NCBI GenBank assembly: GCA_034780895.1
Contig: JAUZTB010000077.1
Span: 16,940,683-17,004,682, forward strand
DNA length: 64,000 nucleotides
Direction: 5' to 3'
Source of the DNA: Rhynchobatus australiae
Taxonomy: Eukaryota
Part shown: positions 1-11,250 of the stretch, piece by piece
Numbering within the stretch: the first letter of the stretch is position 1
Layout of the letters: every line of letters begins with the position of its first letter
Made by a program: the position numbers and the translations under genes
The notes under the pieces: model-generated
Databases searched by the model: none
The model's input: only the letters and a program-made list of their open reading frames with translations
Told to the model about the DNA's origin: nothing

Positions 1-1117
1 GGAAGTTATGCATGAAGCAGAGGAAGTGGGTGAGGTCCTTAATGAGGACTTTGCTTCCGTATTCATCAAGGAGAAGGACATAGATGATGGTGAGATCAGG
101 GAGGGCTTCATTAGATATGCTAGGGCATGTCAGTATTAAAGAGGAGGTGTTGGCTGTCTTGAAAAACATTGAAGTGGAAAAGTCTCCAAGGGCCTGATAG
201 AATCTATCCCAAGATAGGGTGGCAAAGGAGCAGATTGCTGGGGCCTTAACAGAGATCTTTGTATCCTCTTTAGCCACAGGAAAGATGCCAGGAGACTAGA
301 GAATAGCCAGTGTTGTTCCTTTATTTAAGGATGGCAATAGGGATGATCTAGCAAATTATAGGCCAGTGAGCCTTACGTTAGTGGTAGGGGAATTGTTGGA
401 GAAGATTCTTTGGGACAAAATTTACTTGCATTTGGCAAAGTATGGACTTACTGGGGATGGTTAGCAATGGCTTTGTACGGGGAAGGTCCCGTCTCACAAA
501 TTTGATTGAGTTTTTGGAGAAGGTCATGGAGATGATCGATGAGGATGGGGCAGTGGATGTTGTCCACATCGTCTTTAGTAAAGCATTTGACAAGGTCCCT
601 CAGTAGGCTGATCCAGAAAATTAAGCCACGTGGGATCCATGCTGAGTTGGTGAGTTGGATCCAAAATTGGCTTGGTGATCGAAGACCGGGTGTGGTGGTG
701 GGGGGTGTTTCTCTGACGGGAAGTCTGTGACTCGTGTTCCACCAGGATCAGTGCTGGGACCTCTGCTTTTTGTCATCTGTATAAATGATTTAGATGAAAA
801 TATAGGTGGTCTGATTAGTAAGTTTGCAGACGACACAAACATTGATGGATTCGTGGATAGCGAGGACGGTTGTCAAAGGATACAGCAGGATACAGATCAA
901 TTGGAAATATAGGTGGAGACGAGGAAGATTGAGTTTAATCCCGACAGTTGTGAGGTAATACATTTTGGGAAGTCAAATGCAAGAGGGAAATGTGCAGTAA
1001 GTGCCAGGAGATTTACGGATCACTCGCAGGTGGTGGGATTAGTTAGACTGGAATTCTAGTCCGCGCAGACGTGGTTGGCTGAAAGGACTGTTTGTGTGCT
1101 GTCCTATGTTCAATGTT
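1..1117 (+). mobile_element. CR1-clade LINE ORF2 (RT) fragment, frameshifted, ending in a short 3' tail
   Basis: 727-912 translates to 'VPPGSVLGPLLFVICINDLDENIGGLISKFADDT' (QGSVLGP/FADD RT motifs). Upstream frames give 'NYRPVSLT' and 'TNLIEFLEKV..KAFDKV'. Tail 'tgtgctgtcctatgttc' near 1095-1112. Confidence 0.95.
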
Positions 1118-1139
1118 ATCTGTTCCGTGAGGTGCAAGA

Positions 1140-1496
1140 AGACATCGTAGGATAGAGATTTGTAGGATTATGAGAGGCATAGAAAGAATAGACAACCAGT
1201 AACTTTTTCCCAGGATGGAAATGTCTAATACTAGAGGGGGAAAGTTCAGGGGTGATGTGTGGGGCGGGCTTTTGTTTTGCATAGAGGGTGGTGGGTGCCT
1301 GGGTTGCCCTGCTGGGGATGGTGGTGTTGGAGGCAGGTATGATAGAGGCATTTAAGAGGATCTTACAGAGGCACATGAATATGGAGGGATGTGGACCTTG
1401 TGTAGGCAGAAGAGATTCACTGTCATTAGCTTAATTTGCTTGGCACAATGTTGTGGCCCAAAGGGCCTGTTCCTGTGCTGTGCTGTTCTATGTTCA
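1140..1496 (+). mobile_element. CR1 LINE 3' end (ORF2 C-terminus and 3' UTR)
   Basis: 'attatgagaggcatagaaagaatagac...agagggtggtgggtgcctgg' and terminal 'gggcctgttcctgtgctgtgctgttctatgttc'. Confidence 0.9.
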
Positions 1497-2069
1497 TACT
1501 GACAAGGAGAGTTGACGTTTTTCTGGATAAAGTTGCAGCCATTAATGTTTGATGTTGGTCCATCTTGATGTCGTCATTGCAACCATGGATGTTGAACTTG
1601 AATTCAAATCCACGCCACCTTAATGTGTTTTGCCAGTCTGCAGTTACAGTATGACTATAGTCAGAATCAATTTAGAATTTTGGATTTACATCAAAATGCA
1701 ATGGAGTAAACTGCTCTGGAGAAGACTCGGGAACAATTTTTGGAGTTGAATCAGATTTTCACACCTAATTCATACTCCATTGGGGTAACTTCAATCAGTG
1801 TCAGTGACGAGGAAAATCAGGAGGGTTTTATAATAAGTGGCCATTTTGACAAGGTCATTTGACACCATTGTCCAAAGTTAGAATTACCCCACAGTTTTGG
1901 TGGTGAAATGAAACCTAAATCACTTCATGCTCAAGCCAAACATATGCCATCAGTGTACAATCAGAGTTATTCACATTTACACAGAAGAAGGGATACGGGA
2001 AAAATACCTTAGATCTATTTTTCATTATTATTGAAATGAATGCAAGCCTTCATTGCAAGGAACCAATAT

Positions 2070-3080
2070 TGTGGTCTGTGCCCTCTACTCTACTCCCTAT
2101 GCATTCATGACTGTGTGGCAGATTCTGCTTTAACTCCATCTACAAGTTTGCAGACCACCATTGTAGGCCATATCTCAAATAATGATGAGTCAGAGTACAG
2201 GAAGGAGANNNNNNNNNNNNNNNNNNNNNNNNNNNNNNNNNNNNNNNNNNNNNNNNNNNNNNNNNNNNNNNNNNNNNNNNNNNNNNNNNNNNNNNNNNNN
2301 NNNNNNNNNNNNNNNNNNNNNNNNNNNNNNNNNNNNNNNNNNNNNNNNNNNNNNNNNNNNNNNNNNNNNNNNNNNNNNNNNNNNNNNNNNNNNNNNNNNN
2401 NNNNNNNNNNNNNNNNNNNNNNNNNNNNNNNNNNNNNNNNNNNNNNNNNNNNNNNNNNNNNNNNNNNNNNNNNNNNNNNNNNNNNNNNNNNNNNNNNNNN
2501 NNNNNNNNNNNNNNNNNNNNNNNNNNNNNNNNNNNNNNNNNNNNNNNNNNNNNNNNNNNNNNNNNNNNNNNNNNNNNNNNNNNNNNNNNNNNNNNNNNNN
2601 NNNNNNNNNNNNNNNNNNNNNNNNNNNNNNNNNNNNNNNNNNNNNNNNNNNNNNNNNNNNNNNNNNNNNNNNNNNNNNNNNNNNNNNNNNNNNNNNNNNN
2701 NNNNNNNNNNNNNNNNNNNNNNNNNNNNNNNNNNNNNNNNNNNNNNNNNNNNNNNNNNNNNNNNNNNNNNNNNNNNNNNNNNNNNNNNNNNNNNNNNNNN
2801 NNNNNNNNNNNNNNNNNNNNNNNNNNNNNNNNNNNNNNNNNNNNNNNNNNNNNNNNNNNNNNNNNNNNNNNNNNNNNNNNNNNNNNNNNNNNNNNNNNNN
2901 NNNNNNNNNNNNNNNNNNNNNNNNNNNNNNNNNNNNNNNNNNNNNNNNNNNNNNNNNNNNNNNNTCTGTACTAACCCAATGTAACTGCACTGTGTAATGA
3001 ATTGATCTGTACGATCGGTGTGCAAGACAAGTTTTTCACTGTACCTCTGTGTAAGTGACAGTAATAAACTAAGACCAATA
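2070..3080 (+). mobile_element. Rex1/Babar-type LINE fragment spanning an N gap
   Basis: 'PLLYSLCIHDCVA..NSIYKFAD.TIVGHISNNDESEYRKE' (with a frameshift) before the gap. The 3' tail 'caagacaagtttttcactgtacctc..gtgacagtaataaac' after the gap is shared with other copies in the window. Confidence 0.85.
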
Positions 3081-3229
3081 CAGAGGTGGTTTTGAATTGA
3101 AAATTAAGTGTGGAATAATACCCAATTATGAGGTCAGATTTAGGAAGGTGCTTCCTGAAGATCAGGGTTTACCTTTTTGTCCTGATGCATGCTAAAGGGG
3201 TGAATTCTATGAACAACTTCCAAACATTC

Positions 3230-4270
3230 CCCGTTTTCTCTTGGGCAGTCTCTTGTGATTGAGGATGACATGATTCCACTCTAGTTCTGTGCGCTCTTAG
3301 CTGGCAGATGAGGTCAGTGTGGGTAGTGGAGGGCCTCTCACAGGAGGGACGGAATTCCTTGAGGGGGGAATCGGTGGATAGTTTAGCGGGTGGTGCGCTC
3401 CTTTTACAATGGACCCATGCCCTCGAGGCTCACAATACCCTATGCAATTTGCTGCTTCTCCCCTTTGAATGGTCATAGGCCAGGAATCAGTGAGGATGTT
3501 ACACATTTTCATGGTTTTGAGAAACCTTAAATCTTTTCCTTAATTTCATTCCATGATGGAGCTTGTAACAGAACATCAATTTTGAGACTCTGGTGTCATT
3601 CATGAAAATGACATAACCTGTTCTTTCGACCCAGTTGAACATGACTGGGGTTCTCTCTGGTGGAGGTGCTGGGTGGGAGAGGATACCCACATTGTTTCAC
3701 TTTAGCTGTCAGTGGATCTGGAAGATTTCCACGATGACCTTGGTGGTACTTCAGTGCTTTGAGATGCCTACTATAAGTTGTCCATGTGTCACAAGCATGT
3801 AAGAGGGCAGGGATCACTGCTGTGTTGTCGACTGTAAGCTTTGTTGAGATGCATGGGACTGCAGATGCTGGAATCTGGAGCAACAGGCGAGATGCTGNNN
3901 NNNNNNNNNNNNNNNNNNNNNNNNNNNNNNNNNNNNNNNNNNNNNNNNNNNNNNNNNNNNNNNNNNNNNNNNNNNNNNNNNNNNNNNNNNNNNNNNNGGA
4001 GGAGCTCAGTGGGTTAGGCAGCATCTGTGGAGGGGAATGGACAGTCAACCAGTCCTAGTGAAGGGTCTCGACCCAAAATATTGACTGTCCATTTCTCTCC
4101 ACAGATGCTGCCTAACCTGCTGAGTTCCTCCAGCATCTCGTTTGTTACTATAAGCTCTGTATTGGATTTGAGATCTTGATCTTGAAGCACCCTTTCCCCA
4201 GATGCAAAGGCTGTGCTAGAACATTGAACACAACGGTGAATTCCATCACACAGTGTTTTATAGAGTCTCA
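3230..4270 (-). mobile_element. RTE-clade LINE fragment, interrupted by a Penelope-type insert
   Basis: Minus-strand 'TAVIPALLHACDTWTTYSRHLKALKYHQ' matches the RTE C-terminal LLY.ETW motif. Upstream 'AFASGERVLQDQDLKSNTEL' lies across the insert. Confidence 0.8.
3845..4146. mobile_element. Penelope-derived fold-back element (inverted terminal-repeat pair) with decayed hammerhead motif
   Basis: 3998-4048 is near-complementary to 4081-4131. Flanks actgtaagctttgt (3831-3844) and actataagctctgt (4147-4160) match 12/14. Confidence 0.8.
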
Positions 4271-4994
4271 TTATGGACCTTTACTATCAGACGGCAACAT
4301 TGTACAGTGGTGTATGTTGGTAATTGTAAGGCACATCTTCCTGATGCTTCAGTTAATGGTGACATGGAGGTTGGGTTCCAAACGTCCACACACACAAGCA
4401 TCATGTACGCATTGCAGCTTGACAACTGAATCACAGTTAAAATGCATTATGCCAAATATTGTATGGAATTTTGCTACAATGGATTATTAATCTATTACAA
4501 TTTTAAGAGTGCTTACTTTGACAGCCCTGTATTTCATCTGTTGGTGTGTTTACTTTTCACATCTGTAAATTAGTGTAATCTGCTCTAATACTTCACAGCG
4601 AGGAAGTGTTATTTATACAAAAAGCCAGTATGTTTCGAAGCTGATTGTCAGGGAAGAGTGCCTGGAAGTGGAGAAGATGATTGCAGTCTATCTGACCATT
4701 CTCACGAAACTTGGCAGCTGGAGAAATCCCTCTTCAGTTGCATTTGTGCTTTCTGATTTTACTTTGTGTGTGCACACTGCAAGAATTCATTCTTCTTTAG
4801 TTATTGGTGCAATAATCACACTGGTGATTGAATTTAGAACAGTTATTGTTTGACGTCTTCACTGAATCTTTTCTACAATATTAATTAAGGTGCACAAAAT
4901 AATTATTTGTGGACTCTCACTTGAATTCAATCCCTCGGTCCGTGCTGTTAATTCTGATGTAAAATATGTGAAGCTAGATTATATGGACCATGAT

Positions 4995-5218
4995 AAGATA
5001 TCTTTATTAGTCACATATACATCGAAACACACAGGTAAATACATGGATAGTGTTCTGGGGGCAGCCCGCAAGCATTGCCACGTTTCCAGCGCCAACATAG
5101 CATGCCCACAGCTTCCTAACCTGTACAACCTATGGAATGTGGGAGGAAACCGGAGCACCCGGAGGAAACCCACGCAGCTACTGCGAGAACATACAAACTC
5201 CTTACAGACAGTGGCTGG
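4995..5218 (-). mobile_element. V-SINE (HE1-like) body and tail, head missing
   Basis: Reverse complement reads 'ctgtctgtaaggagtttgtatgttctc..gtgggtttcctccgggtgctccggtttcctcccacattcc', the V-domain consensus. Confidence 0.9.
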
Positions 5219-5294
5219 GCCAGTTGCTCTGTTTTCAACTTTGAACTTGGATTATCATCTTGCATGGGACACTTAATCTGATATACTACTGATA

Positions 5295-5368
5295 GGGCAG
5301 GCACGGCAGTGTAGCGGTTAGCGTAATGCTTTTCAGTGTCAGCGACCCAGGTTCGATTCCGGTCACTG
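5295..5368 (+). mobile_element. tRNA-derived head of a V-SINE (Pol III A/B boxes)
   Basis: 'ggcacggcagtgtagcggttagcg...ccaggttcgattccggtcactg' matches the head at 28878-28980. Confidence 0.85.
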
Positions 5369-6074
5369 ATTAAAAACAAACTCCTTGTGACAAAGTATGA
5401 AACATATTTATATGTAATAACAGCCCAAAGGCATAACGTGCACAGTTTTTTAATGTAACCAAATAGTGAGATTAAATCAGTCCACCTGTGGAGAAATGGG
5501 TTCCTGCAATTGTCCAATAATTGTAGCTGTCCACTCAAACAAAAAAAAAGAACATTTTGGAAGTTCCTGGAAAATGAGGTTGCACCTTTTTGGAGAAAAA
5601 CGAAGTTGGCACTAATTGTGGCACATTTTCCAATTGTAATGATCAGGGAACTATTAATGTACAACTTGTATAAACTGATGGTAACTTTAGGTTCTATGCA
5701 CATCCATATGTGCTGAATTTGCTGTCAGAGCTCTCCATAGATTCAAAGGAAGTTGGTTCATTTGAGACAAACTTTAAGGGTATTTTGGACAAGTCCTGTC
5801 AGATATCCTGCATAATGTTGTGTAAGCTCTAACTGATATTTTAATAAACCATAATTACTGCTTAGTAAACTCGCTGACTCTCACAAAAAAAAACTAATTT
5901 TTGATTTGTTGTGAGTTGTAATCCTCTCAAATAAATAATGGATTTAAAAATTAAAGTAAATAATTTAATAGTTATATATGATGCTCAGCCTTCTATATCA
6001 ATTGGATNNNNNNNNNNNNNNNNNNNNNNNNNTTGCATCAGATATTGAAAATCCCAAATAAAAGTAATTTAAAA

Positions 6075-6318
6075 AAATGCAGATGCTGTAAATCTGAAAT
6101 GAAAACAGAAAATACTGGAAGCAGGTCAGGCAGCATCTGTGGAGAGAGAAACGGATTTAACATTTCAGATTCAGGATCTTTCATCGAAACTGGGGAAGAG
6201 TTGGAAATGCCAAACTGCTATCAAGGTCATCGATCTAAAATGTTAACAGTTGCTCTTTCCCCACACGCTGCCTGACCTGCTGAGTATTTATAGCAATTTG
6301 TGATTTTGTTTCCGATCT
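6075..6318. mobile_element. Penelope-derived fold-back element, second subfamily
   Basis: 'gcaggtcaggcagcatctgtggagagagaaac..ttaacatttcaga' is inverted as 'tctaaaatgttaacag..ccacacgctgcctgacctgc'. Confidence 0.75.
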
Positions 6319-7719
6319 TTAATTGGTGATTTTTAAAATGTTCACACAGTTAGTTTAAAAAATTGCTTTTCCTTTCTCTTTTGTTGCTGTGGGAGTTCTT
6401 CATTGCTCATAGCTGCTCAGCCAGCTTGATGTCATAGATTCTTGCCTATGATCCCATGGAACTGATGCCAGATACCAATGTTGGAAAGGAGGATGTCCCA
6501 TGAGAGATTACTAGAAATTTACTGGCAAGTTTCTTCAAGATCAGTGTTGAGAGCTGTTGCTCTGACAATGATGAAATCCCATGCCATGATTTTTCTCGCC
6601 CTATGCCGTGTGTAGATAATTATTCAAACAGAACTCCTAAAACACCTTTGGCAAGTTGGAGGATGCACTGTTTTGTAACACTAGTGGTATTATCAATAAA
6701 GGTTGACATGAAATAAACATGACAACTTCTGAAAACGATGAGATTGAATATGCAGTTAAGATTGTTGTATTTTCAACACTTTTTTATTTTCATGACAAAT
6801 ATTGAATACTTTTGCTTTGATGTTTTTAGAAAATATTCTCAATTTTTTTTGCTTTTATTTCCTTAAATGTAGCAAAACTGCGCCTTGTATTGTGAATGAG
6901 ATTCCTTTCCTTCTCATGTCACATACAAGGGCATTGCCGACTGACCACTTCAACCTCGGTTGGTTTGGTTGATTTTCTGCAACACCTTTCATCTCCAGAA
7001 CATATACTGAGGCAGATGCTGTCTTCAACTGTGGAATTTCATGTGGTAAAGGTACATATTGTAGGCTTTTGTGTTATGTGAATAGAATCTTTTTGGAAGG
7101 GAATTGCAATAAGCTATTTCACAGCCTTACAAACGGGTAAATATTACACTTTATTGACTTGATACTAGTTCCTTGAAATAGAAGGGTGAAAGCACTAATC
7201 TACTCAACCCATTTCACATTTATGAGCAATTTTTAAGTCCTAATATAATAGACCAATAAAAATAATTGACTATGAATTATCATAGAACCATAACTGAAAT
7301 ACACACTTATTCATTGTAAAACACATCAGGCTGATGAATCTGCATTCGATATCGAAAGGGTGTGTTGTGCTGATATCTCATGTGACTTGCATTCTTATCT
7401 CCGGGGTAATGCTGTTCTAAAATTAGTTTTGATCAGTTCAATACTTGGACCAAATAACGAGAATGTTCTTATTTCTTGGATTTACTTTAAGTCATTGCGT
7501 TGATGCGCTACTGTTCATCATGAGAAAACCATGGGTATGCAGCCTCTCTGGAGTATTTATATTACTAAAGAATGTCCCTTGTTTATACATGTGTATTTTT
7601 TTTTGTTTCTTCCTAATTTGGTTGTAGTTAATTTTATTTTTAAAGTTATGATTAATGAATAAAATATTTAATCATCTGTTATATTGTTGACTTGGATCAG
7701 CAATCATTTCATACTTCCT

Positions 7720-7880
7720 TATAACAGAGAAGGAGGCCACTCACTCCAAGTCTTTTCTGGCTCAGAGGAGATTCCCATCTATCCCATTCCTCCACACATT
7801 CCTCTATTTCCCATTCTCTTGTACATGCGCATTAATACCCCCAGAACATGAATTATAGGGATATTTTTGGGTTAGCTAAC
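7720..7880 (-). mobile_element. Degraded SINE/CR1-type 3' tail
   Basis: 'acagagaaggaggccactcactccaagtc..ctggctc' resembles the tail at 56775-56870. Confidence 0.4.
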
Positions 7881-8129
7881 TCATCTAATGCACATGAGGA
7901 AAGGCAATGTCACTGTTAAGTTTGTAATGAGGGCAGCGTGCTTTGGTCCATAGTTTGCCACTGTAATGTGACTACAGTGGTTGTGATTGGGGTCCAGTCC
8001 AATTAAGAATCTTCCTTGTGTTCTTTGTGGAAAGTTTTATTATTGGGTCTGAAGTTAGCTGTTTATTCTAGGTGGTGGCTTCACTCCACACTTCCCTTCA
8101 AACTGTAGTCTCCTGCAAGGCTTTCCCAA

Positions 8130-8700
8130 GTAGTGAGTTTGGAGGTTTATGCATGGATGGTGAGTTCTGAGCTATCGTTCATACAGACCACCTCTCTGCA
8201 TGTAGCTGTGTTGAGGTGATAGCCCAGAGGAACTATATTGGTCGCCACCAACAGCCGTTGAATTGGTGTCAGAGAAATTTCCCAGTTCTGGTGATGGGAC
8301 ACATGCACATTTAGAATGAACGCCAGCAGCCCAGAGAGTTTCATAGTTTTCTACTGTTGAGAAGATTGGTACGTGTGCAGAGATGTGAGGTGCGTCTGTG
8401 ATATTTACCCACTCTTGGTCTTTACACTGTTTTTCTGAAGATGTTTAAAGTTGACGAGTGTCGCACCTTGGCCGGATGCGGTGGCATTATGTTGTAATGT
8501 TTCTCTGCAGGAAGTGATGTTGGGGTGAGCACGTGCTTTGAGGTTGTTGAGGTGGAACCATGAGTTAGTTAGAAGGTGACTGCCTGCCCATCCTGCTACG
8601 TGGAAAGTCAAAACAGGAAAGTCCACAACTGAAGTCATGACGGGGGCAACTGAACAACTGACGACATCCTGCTCGATGAAGCAACAGCCATAAAAACTAA
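8130..8700 (-). mobile_element. Decayed non-LTR retrotransposon RT/C-terminal fragment (Ingi/Vingi- or RTEX-like)
   Basis: Minus-strand peptides 'SWFHLNNLKARAHPNIT..LQHNAT..GATL..FKHLQK' and 'LTPIQRLLVATNIVPL....TATCRE' resemble the FHLNN and TP..L.V..NI.P motifs. Confidence 0.55.
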
Positions 8701-8777
8701 TTGGGACACTCCATAGAAACAATCATTGAAATGGAACATCTTTTTCTGCTGGTTCCTACAAATTTGCCATTCAGAAC

Positions 8778-8912
8778 GGGAAAGACATTTGGACAGGTAC
8801 GTGGATAGGAAAGGTTTAGAGGGATATGGGTCAAACACAGGCAAATGGGACTAGCTTAGATGGGCATCTTCAACAGCATGGGCAAGTTGGGCCGAAGGGC
8901 CTTTTGACTCAA
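8778..8912 (+). mobile_element. CR1 3' tail
   Basis: 'agacatttggacaggtacgtggataggaaaggtttagagggatatgggtc..gttgggccgaagggcc' also occurs at 35768 and 47470. Confidence 0.9.
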
Positions 8913-9835
8913 TAATATTTATCTTAATAATCCGCCAGAATTTTGAATAGAAATAAATGAGAAAGAAATTACCACTGTTCAAAACCATGGACTTCACTGC
9001 TTTTTAAATAAATGGAGTACTTTAAAATGATTGCATTACTTTTTTTCTTGCCCTTTCAATATCTTACAATGCTTCACCTCACATTTCAAAATAACTGGCA
9101 GGAGATATTAAAACTCTAGTGTAAAGCAACTACTCTGCAACTGTTAGGTACAAATCTATTTGAATAGATATAATAAATCCAAAATAAAATTGAAAAACTG
9201 TATATGTGAATTATTTCTTGTAGTTATGATGTTGCCTCTCTTGGAGATACATTCCCTGGCTGTGATTTAATCGTGATTGAAGAGCATGTCCATATTTTTT
9301 TGTTTGGAGATGTTGAATTGTAACTTACCAATAAGATTGATTTAAGTCAATACTTTTGAAAGATTGTATCAATATTAAATTGACCACTTCTTGTGCGAAG
9401 CTCAAATAAAACATATAGTTGTCAAGTGGAATTGTTGAAATGTTCACCTATTACTGACCATAAACTAGACTTATTAAATAGCTATGACAGAGGCTTCAGC
9501 CTTTACTAGTAAATTTTGTCTATAAAACTGTTCCCACACATCTCTGGAGAGCTGTGCAAAAGGGTCAGGCCAAGGGTAGTAGACTGACAAGGTTGATGGG
9601 AATGGGACCTCACTCAGATGGACCTGAGTGCCACTTGTAGATTGCACAAGGTGAAAGATCATTTTATGAACCACATGTTTCAAGCTTTGAAAGATGTATC
9701 CATGTTCCATCACTATTTGGCAGCTTTTCTCAAATGCATGTTCAAATCTTGATGTGATAAATCCTTTCCTAAAATCTGTTTCTATGTGGTAGGTATAGAA
9801 ACTTGAATGATTACAGCTGTGCATATTGCATTGAA

Positions 9836-11000
9836 TGTCACTCAGTTTTCTTTCTCTTGTTTTTTTTCTTTTAACCACTCTTGTCACATGTTGTTTAATT
9901 ATTTTACACCCAGCATAGTGTGGCCAACATAGTGTTCTTTATTCACTGTAAGCACAAGGGTGCTGTGTCAGTTGGTGCAGAATGATTTCCATTGTAATTG
10001 TGCTTGATTGTATTTCAACTTTTACAATCTTTAATAAATATTGTAACTTTACTAGCAACAAGAATTGTAAATTAAAAAATAACCTTACTATTTTTGCCTT
10101 TTATCTACATTGTTCATTTTTTAATTTAAATGACTACACCNNNNNNNNNNNNNNNNNNNNNNNNNNNNNNNNNNNNNNNNNNNNNNNNNNNNNNNNNNNN
10201 NNNNNNNNNNNNNNNNNNNNNNNNNNNNNNNNNNNNNNNNNNNNNNNNNNNNNNNNNNNNNNNNNNNNNNNNNNNNNNNNNNNNNNNNNNNNNNNNNNNN
10301 NNNNNNNNNNNNNNNNNNNNNNNNNNNNNNNNNNNNNNNNNNNNNNNNNNNNNNNNNNNNNNNNNNNNNNNNNNNNNNNNNNNNNNNNNNNNNNNNNNNN
10401 NNNNNNNNNNNNNNNNNNNNNNNNNNNNNNNNNNNNNNNNNNNNNNNNNNNNNNNNNNNNNNNNNNNNNNNNNNNNNNNNNNNNNNNNNNNNNNNNNNNN
10501 NNNNNNNNNNNNNNNNNNNNNNNNNNNNNNNNNNNNNNNNNNNNNNNNNNNNNNNNNNNNNNNNNNNNNNNNNNNNNNNNNNNNNNNNNNNNNNNNNNNN
10601 NNNNNNNNNNNNNNNNNNNNNNNNNNNNNNNNNNNNNNNNNNNNNNNNNNNNNNNNNNNNNNNNNNNNNNNNNNNNNNNNNNNNNNNNNNNNNNNNNNNN
10701 NNNNNNNNNNNNNNNNNNNNNNNNNNNNNNNNNNNNNNNNNNNNNNNNNNNNNNNNNNNNNNNNNNNNNNNNNNNNNNNNNNNNNNNNNNNNNNNNNNNN
10801 NNNNNNNNNNNNNNNNNNNNNNNNNNNNNNNNNNNNNNNNNNNNNNNNNNNNNNNNNNNNNNNNNNNNNNNNNNNNNNNNNNNNNNNCACTCAATTATCT
10901 TTCACTTTGTTTTCTTGTTCTTTTGGCCACTCTTGTCACATTTTAGTGTAATTATTTTACATCCAGCATAGTGTGGCCAAAATAGAGTGTCCTTTATTAT
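9836..11000. repeat. Diverged direct repeat (~115 bp copies) either side of an N gap
   Basis: 'ccactcttgtcacat..aattattttacacccagcatagtgtggccaa' at ~9875-9930 and again at ~10926-10982. Confidence 0.85.
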
Positions 11001-11019
11001 TTTAAAGTACCTTGGTGCC

Positions 11020-11250
11020 TTGTTGCTCGTTGAACGAGGCAGAGAGCGGGAGAAGCTGATAGGAAGGAATGATATATGTGTCGGCTGTGTCCCAGCTCCC
11101 CTCTAGCCCATTCTCATTAATCATGGCTATTAGCGTTTTTCAGGGTTGCCTTGTCTGCAAAGCGCCATCAAAAAAAAAGCAAGCCTTTTTAAATTTTCCA
11201 ATCCAAAATGGACCCTATGCTGCTTTCCTTTCATGTTTTGTTTACTATTT
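11020..11250. promoter_or_regulatory. Candidate conserved non-coding element (enhancer-like)
   Basis: No repeat similarity, retained CpGs, 'cattaatcatggctattagcg' homeodomain sites and forkhead-like 'tgtttac'. Inference only. Confidence 0.35.

Noticed and set aside
5295-5368. tRNA-like sequence with A/B boxes
   Set aside because: It is a SINE head, matching the V-SINE at 28878, with no complete cloverleaf.
7318-7376. CTGATGA...CGAAA inside a stem (aacacatc/ggtgtgtt): hammerhead- or C/D snoRNA-like
   Set aside because: No proper helix II closing pair and no helix III or cleavage triplet. The box C to CTGA spacing (~40 nt) is too short for a snoRNA.
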